Positions 61,008-64,000 of a stretch of 64,000 nt of DNA are shown here, in pieces. The DNA is taken from NCBI GenBank assembly GCA_019828565.1, contig JAHDYR010000012.1, positions 248,001 to 312,000 on the forward strand. Direction: 5' to 3'. This stretch comes from Carpediemonas membranifera BICM. Taxonomy: Eukaryota > Protista > Fornicata. A program made the position numbers and the translations under genes. The first letter of the stretch is position 1, and each line of letters opens with the position of its first letter. Under the pieces are notes generated by a model, which saw only the letters and a list, made by a program, of their open reading frames with translations, had not been told where the DNA came from and did no database searches.

Positions 61008-62402
61008 TTAGTGCTTGGCCTCAGCAGCGCGCTTGGCTCTGTGGGCATCGATGCAGGCCTGGACGTCGGGGGTGAAGGTGATCTTGGGAGAGGGCTGCTC
61101 GGGCGTCCATCTCCAGTCAGGCTTGTGGACGTTGAAGTCGACGGGGCTCTTCTTGCAGGCGGGCAGGGCCTTGAGGATAACGCTGTTAGCCATGAAGCCG
61201 GAGCCAAACGCCAGCTGCCACACGGTGTTGCCAGGGCGGACGAGCTTGTGCTGCTCGAGGTAGGCGAGCTCGTACCACACAGAGGACGACGAGGTGTTAC
61301 CGTACTGGCATAGGGTGGCGCGGGACGCCTCGACCTGCTCGTGGGAGAGCCCGAGGTTCTTCTCGACGGTGTCGATCACGGCCCGGCCGCCCGTGTGGAT
61401 GCAGTAGGCGTCGATGCACTTCTTGAAGTTGGGCACGTACGTCTTGCCCTTGCGGCCGAGCTTGGGCAGGAGCATGTTATACCAGGCAAACTTGAGCTTC
61501 TCGGAGATAGGGAGAAGCTCCTCGCCGAGGCGGGTCATGTTAGCCTCGATGGCCTTGCCGGCGACCTTGGGGATATCCTTGGTCAGACGGACGCCAGTGT
61601 GGCCCTGGGCGTCCTCCTGGAGGAGGATGCAGCTGTAGGCGGTGTCGTCGCGGCCGTTGTGGGTACGGATGCAGGTCTTGACCTCGTAGCGGTTCTTGCG
61701 GCTGGCCTTGGAGTCGAAGAGGATGGCGGCGGCGCCGGAGCGGAAGAGGGCGCCCTGGAGGGAGTACGACGGGTCCTCGCCGTGGTACATCTGGGACGTC
61801 AGCACCTCAGTGGAAACGAGCACGGCGTTCTTGCCGGGGTTGGCCTTGAGGAGGTCGTTGATCATGTCGACCCCAATCATGGAGGCGGAGCAGCCCATGC
61901 CGCCGATCTGGAAGGTGCGGACGCGGGAGGGCATGTTGTAGTGGTTGACGATCCACGCGGTCATCGAGGGCGTGGGGACGAAGCAAGAGCAGTTGACTAC
62001 GAGGAAGTCGACCTCGTTGGGCTTCATGCCGGTGCGGGCAAAGAGGCCGTCGAGGGCTTCCTGCAGGTACATCTCCATCTCCTTCTGGTTAGCCTGGGAG
62101 GAGAAGTCGAGGTCGATGACGTTGTTGGGGACGGCGGTGTCGTCGCCAAGGCCAGAGCGAAGGAGCATCTTGCCAAGGAACGCCTTGTTCTCAGTAGAGA
62201 CGTTGAGGTTCATAATAACGTTGTCGTAAGCGAACTGAGCGTTGTGGCGCATCGAGGGGTCGGGCTGGTAGACGTAGAAGTCCCGGACGAAAACGCGGTT
62301 CTTCTTGGAGAAGAACTTGAACAGAACAGCGAACAAAAGGAAAGAAACCGGAAGGATCAAGGCGGCAAAGTGGGAATTGGCCAAGGTATCGTAGTCCATC
62401 AT
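61008..62402 (-). CDS. 3-ketoacyl-CoA synthase (FAE1/KCS-type very-long-chain fatty acid elongase)
   Basis: GGMGCSA (Cys), CIHTGGRAVID (His), GNTSSSSVWYELAY (Asn) and WQLAFGSGF. Confidence 0.93.
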   Translation of the reverse strand: MMDYDTLANSHFAALILPVSFLLFAVLFKFFSKKNRVFVRDFYVYQPDPSMRHNAQFAYDNVIMNLNVSTENKAFLGKMLLRSGLGDDTAVPNNVIDLDFSSQANQKEMEMYLQEALDGLFARTGMKPNEVDFLVVNCSCFVPTPSMTAWIVNHYNMPSRVRTFQIGGMGCSASMIGVDMINDLLKANPGKNAVLVSTEVLTSQMYHGEDPSYSLQGALFRSGAAAILFDSKASRKNRYEVKTCIRTHNGRDDTAYSCILLQEDAQGHTGVRLTKDIPKVAGKAIEANMTRLGEELLPISEKLKFAWYNMLLPKLGRKGKTYVPNFKKCIDAYCIHTGGRAVIDTVEKNLGLSHEQVEASRATLCQYGNTSSSSVWYELAYLEQHKLVRPGNTVWQLAFGSGFMANSVILKALPACKKSPVDFNVHKPDWRWTPEQPSPKITFTPDVQACIDAHRAKRAAEAKH

Positions 62403-62819
62403 TGAATCGTTCTTTTTTGCTGAAAAAATGTGGCGCGCGACTGAACGATTTTCCGCCGAATCAGCGGCAGTGGCTTCATGACACAGCGTGCCCTGATGGT
62501 AATTTGGAGGTTCCAGGCTGAGATATTTACATATCTGGGCCCTGTGACAAGGTCGAGGAGCCTAAGGTCTAGCCCTGGCCGATTCCTGCAGCAGGGTGCT
62601 CTCCGACATCTGACTGGCGGGGTCCTTCTTGGCCTCACTGATCACTCTGCTCACAGCCGACTCCTGAGTCGAGTCGTGGTGAGTCGTGCAGAATGATCAT
62701 CAAGCTGGCTGACCCCGAATCGCAGTAAACCAGTGGTAGCACTCTCTACACTGTCGTGTCGACGTTCCCGGCCGCTCGTGGATCCCGCATAATACGGCAC
62801 TCCCAGCGTGGCGCGCGTC

Positions 62820-63853
62820 ATGGCATTGGACACCGCTGCTGGACGAAAGCAGTTCTATGACCGTATTATTACATACAAAGGCGCCTCGTGGGACAAAATC
62901 CGCGAGAACTTCGTCCACAAGAGCAAGGAGCGCCTTGGCATCACAGAAGTGGACGCTAAGACCGTGTACAAGTCCACCGTGCGGCAGATATACTCTCAGA
63001 TAACGCCGCATTGCGATAGTTTGTTAAACCGCCCGTCTCTTACCCAGAAGACCTTGTCCCTGATCTTACCAAGCGCCAGCATGCCTTTGTGGTGCTAAGG
63101 GAGTATGTTAACGCCATCACCAGTCGTAAGTGCGTCAACAAGAGGCACCTATGTAGTATAGCGACCCTTTCCCAGGACACCGACGCCGAGCTGTTCAAAG
63201 AAGTCGCCTCGCGGGTTGGCAGCGTAGTCACGAAGCTGCGTGCCGCGGAGAAGGCAAAATGCGAGACAAAGCCAGCCGAGCCAGCCACACCAACGAAACC
63301 CCGGGACTTCAACGACATCATCCCGGGGACCCCACGGCCACCGGGCCTGAGTCAGCTCAAGGCACTGTTGGGGGACAAGAACGCCACAGTGAGGGTCAGG
63401 TTCAAGCCGCAGCGGGGCGAGAACTCCAAACCGGCCGTGTTTCTGGCCAGGTGCGGAGCTAGCGTAGCCCCGCGTTTCGACATGCCCTGCAACCGGTCAG
63501 GCAACAAGGTCTGCAACCTGGCGTCACAGCTGCGGGCCCGGTGGGCTCGGGAGGGCAAGGCAAATAAGGAGGGTGGTATTCAGATCATATCTTTGCTAGA
63601 TTCACTTTCGATCCAAATATTCCCCAGGATCGGTTCAGCCCCCTTTGAGGAGAAGGATGGCATCTCCATCGCCGACGTGATCGTCTCCCACGACCTTGGG
63701 CGACTGGAGCATTCCCTGGACGGCGGGGCAGTGCACCATGTCACACTGTACTATGATCTGTCGCCAGAACCGGACGTCGACCTGCCCCGGACCCCGGCGT
63801 TACCCGCAGCGGACCAGCTGCGGGCCTATAGCATGACGGTTGTTCCCAGATAG
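62820..63853 (+). CDS. Hypothetical protein; intron 63019-63047
   Basis: A 29-nt GTTTG...CTTACCCAG intron joins ORFs 62808-63098 and 63089-63853 in frame. Confidence 0.65.
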
Positions 63854-64000
63854 GTATTGGAGTAAAACGCAGCATGGGTGGGAATTATTATAAAACGGTG
63901 TTTTTATAACACAGAATGTCTATAAACTGAAAAATCACTCGCACCGCACGCGATAGCATTCGTCGCACACGCGCACGGGTGTCACATGCTCGAGCTCGGG

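Noticed and set aside
1918-62405. Many long antisense or alternate-frame ORFs (e.g. 1918-2772, 23712-24617, 61341-62405)
   Set aside because: Shadow ORFs caused by high GC3 on the strand opposite recognisable genes.

Overview
This is gene-dense, GC-rich DNA from a flagellated unicellular eukaryote. Tiny 28-37 nt GT-AG introns, short intergenic regions and several bacterial-like genes suggest a free-living metamonad such as Carpediemonas (inference only). The window holds about 40 host genes covering cilia and cytoskeleton, trafficking, transport, helicases and Miro. The main discovery is a mobile-element system in two diverged families, present as three full elements: 456-2056, 33921-35718 and 19563-20680. 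Each has TG...CA termini, a perfect 5-bp target-site duplication and no terminal inverted repeats. Each encodes a minimal (~300 aa) Fanzor1/TnpB-like RuvC-zinc-finger nuclease with no recognisable REC/WED region, followed by a hairpin-rich omegaRNA-like segment. A short terminal sequence is directly repeated inside each element next to a polypurine tract, giving a mini-LTR/TRIM-like layout with the nuclease on the antisense strand. Solo copies of the terminal unit occur at 44558-44702 and 57815-57857. All five insertions lie 11-13 bp from a GCASTTTW motif, and two abut host start codons. The window also contains a 791-bp inverted duplication around the 5' part of a MATE gene.
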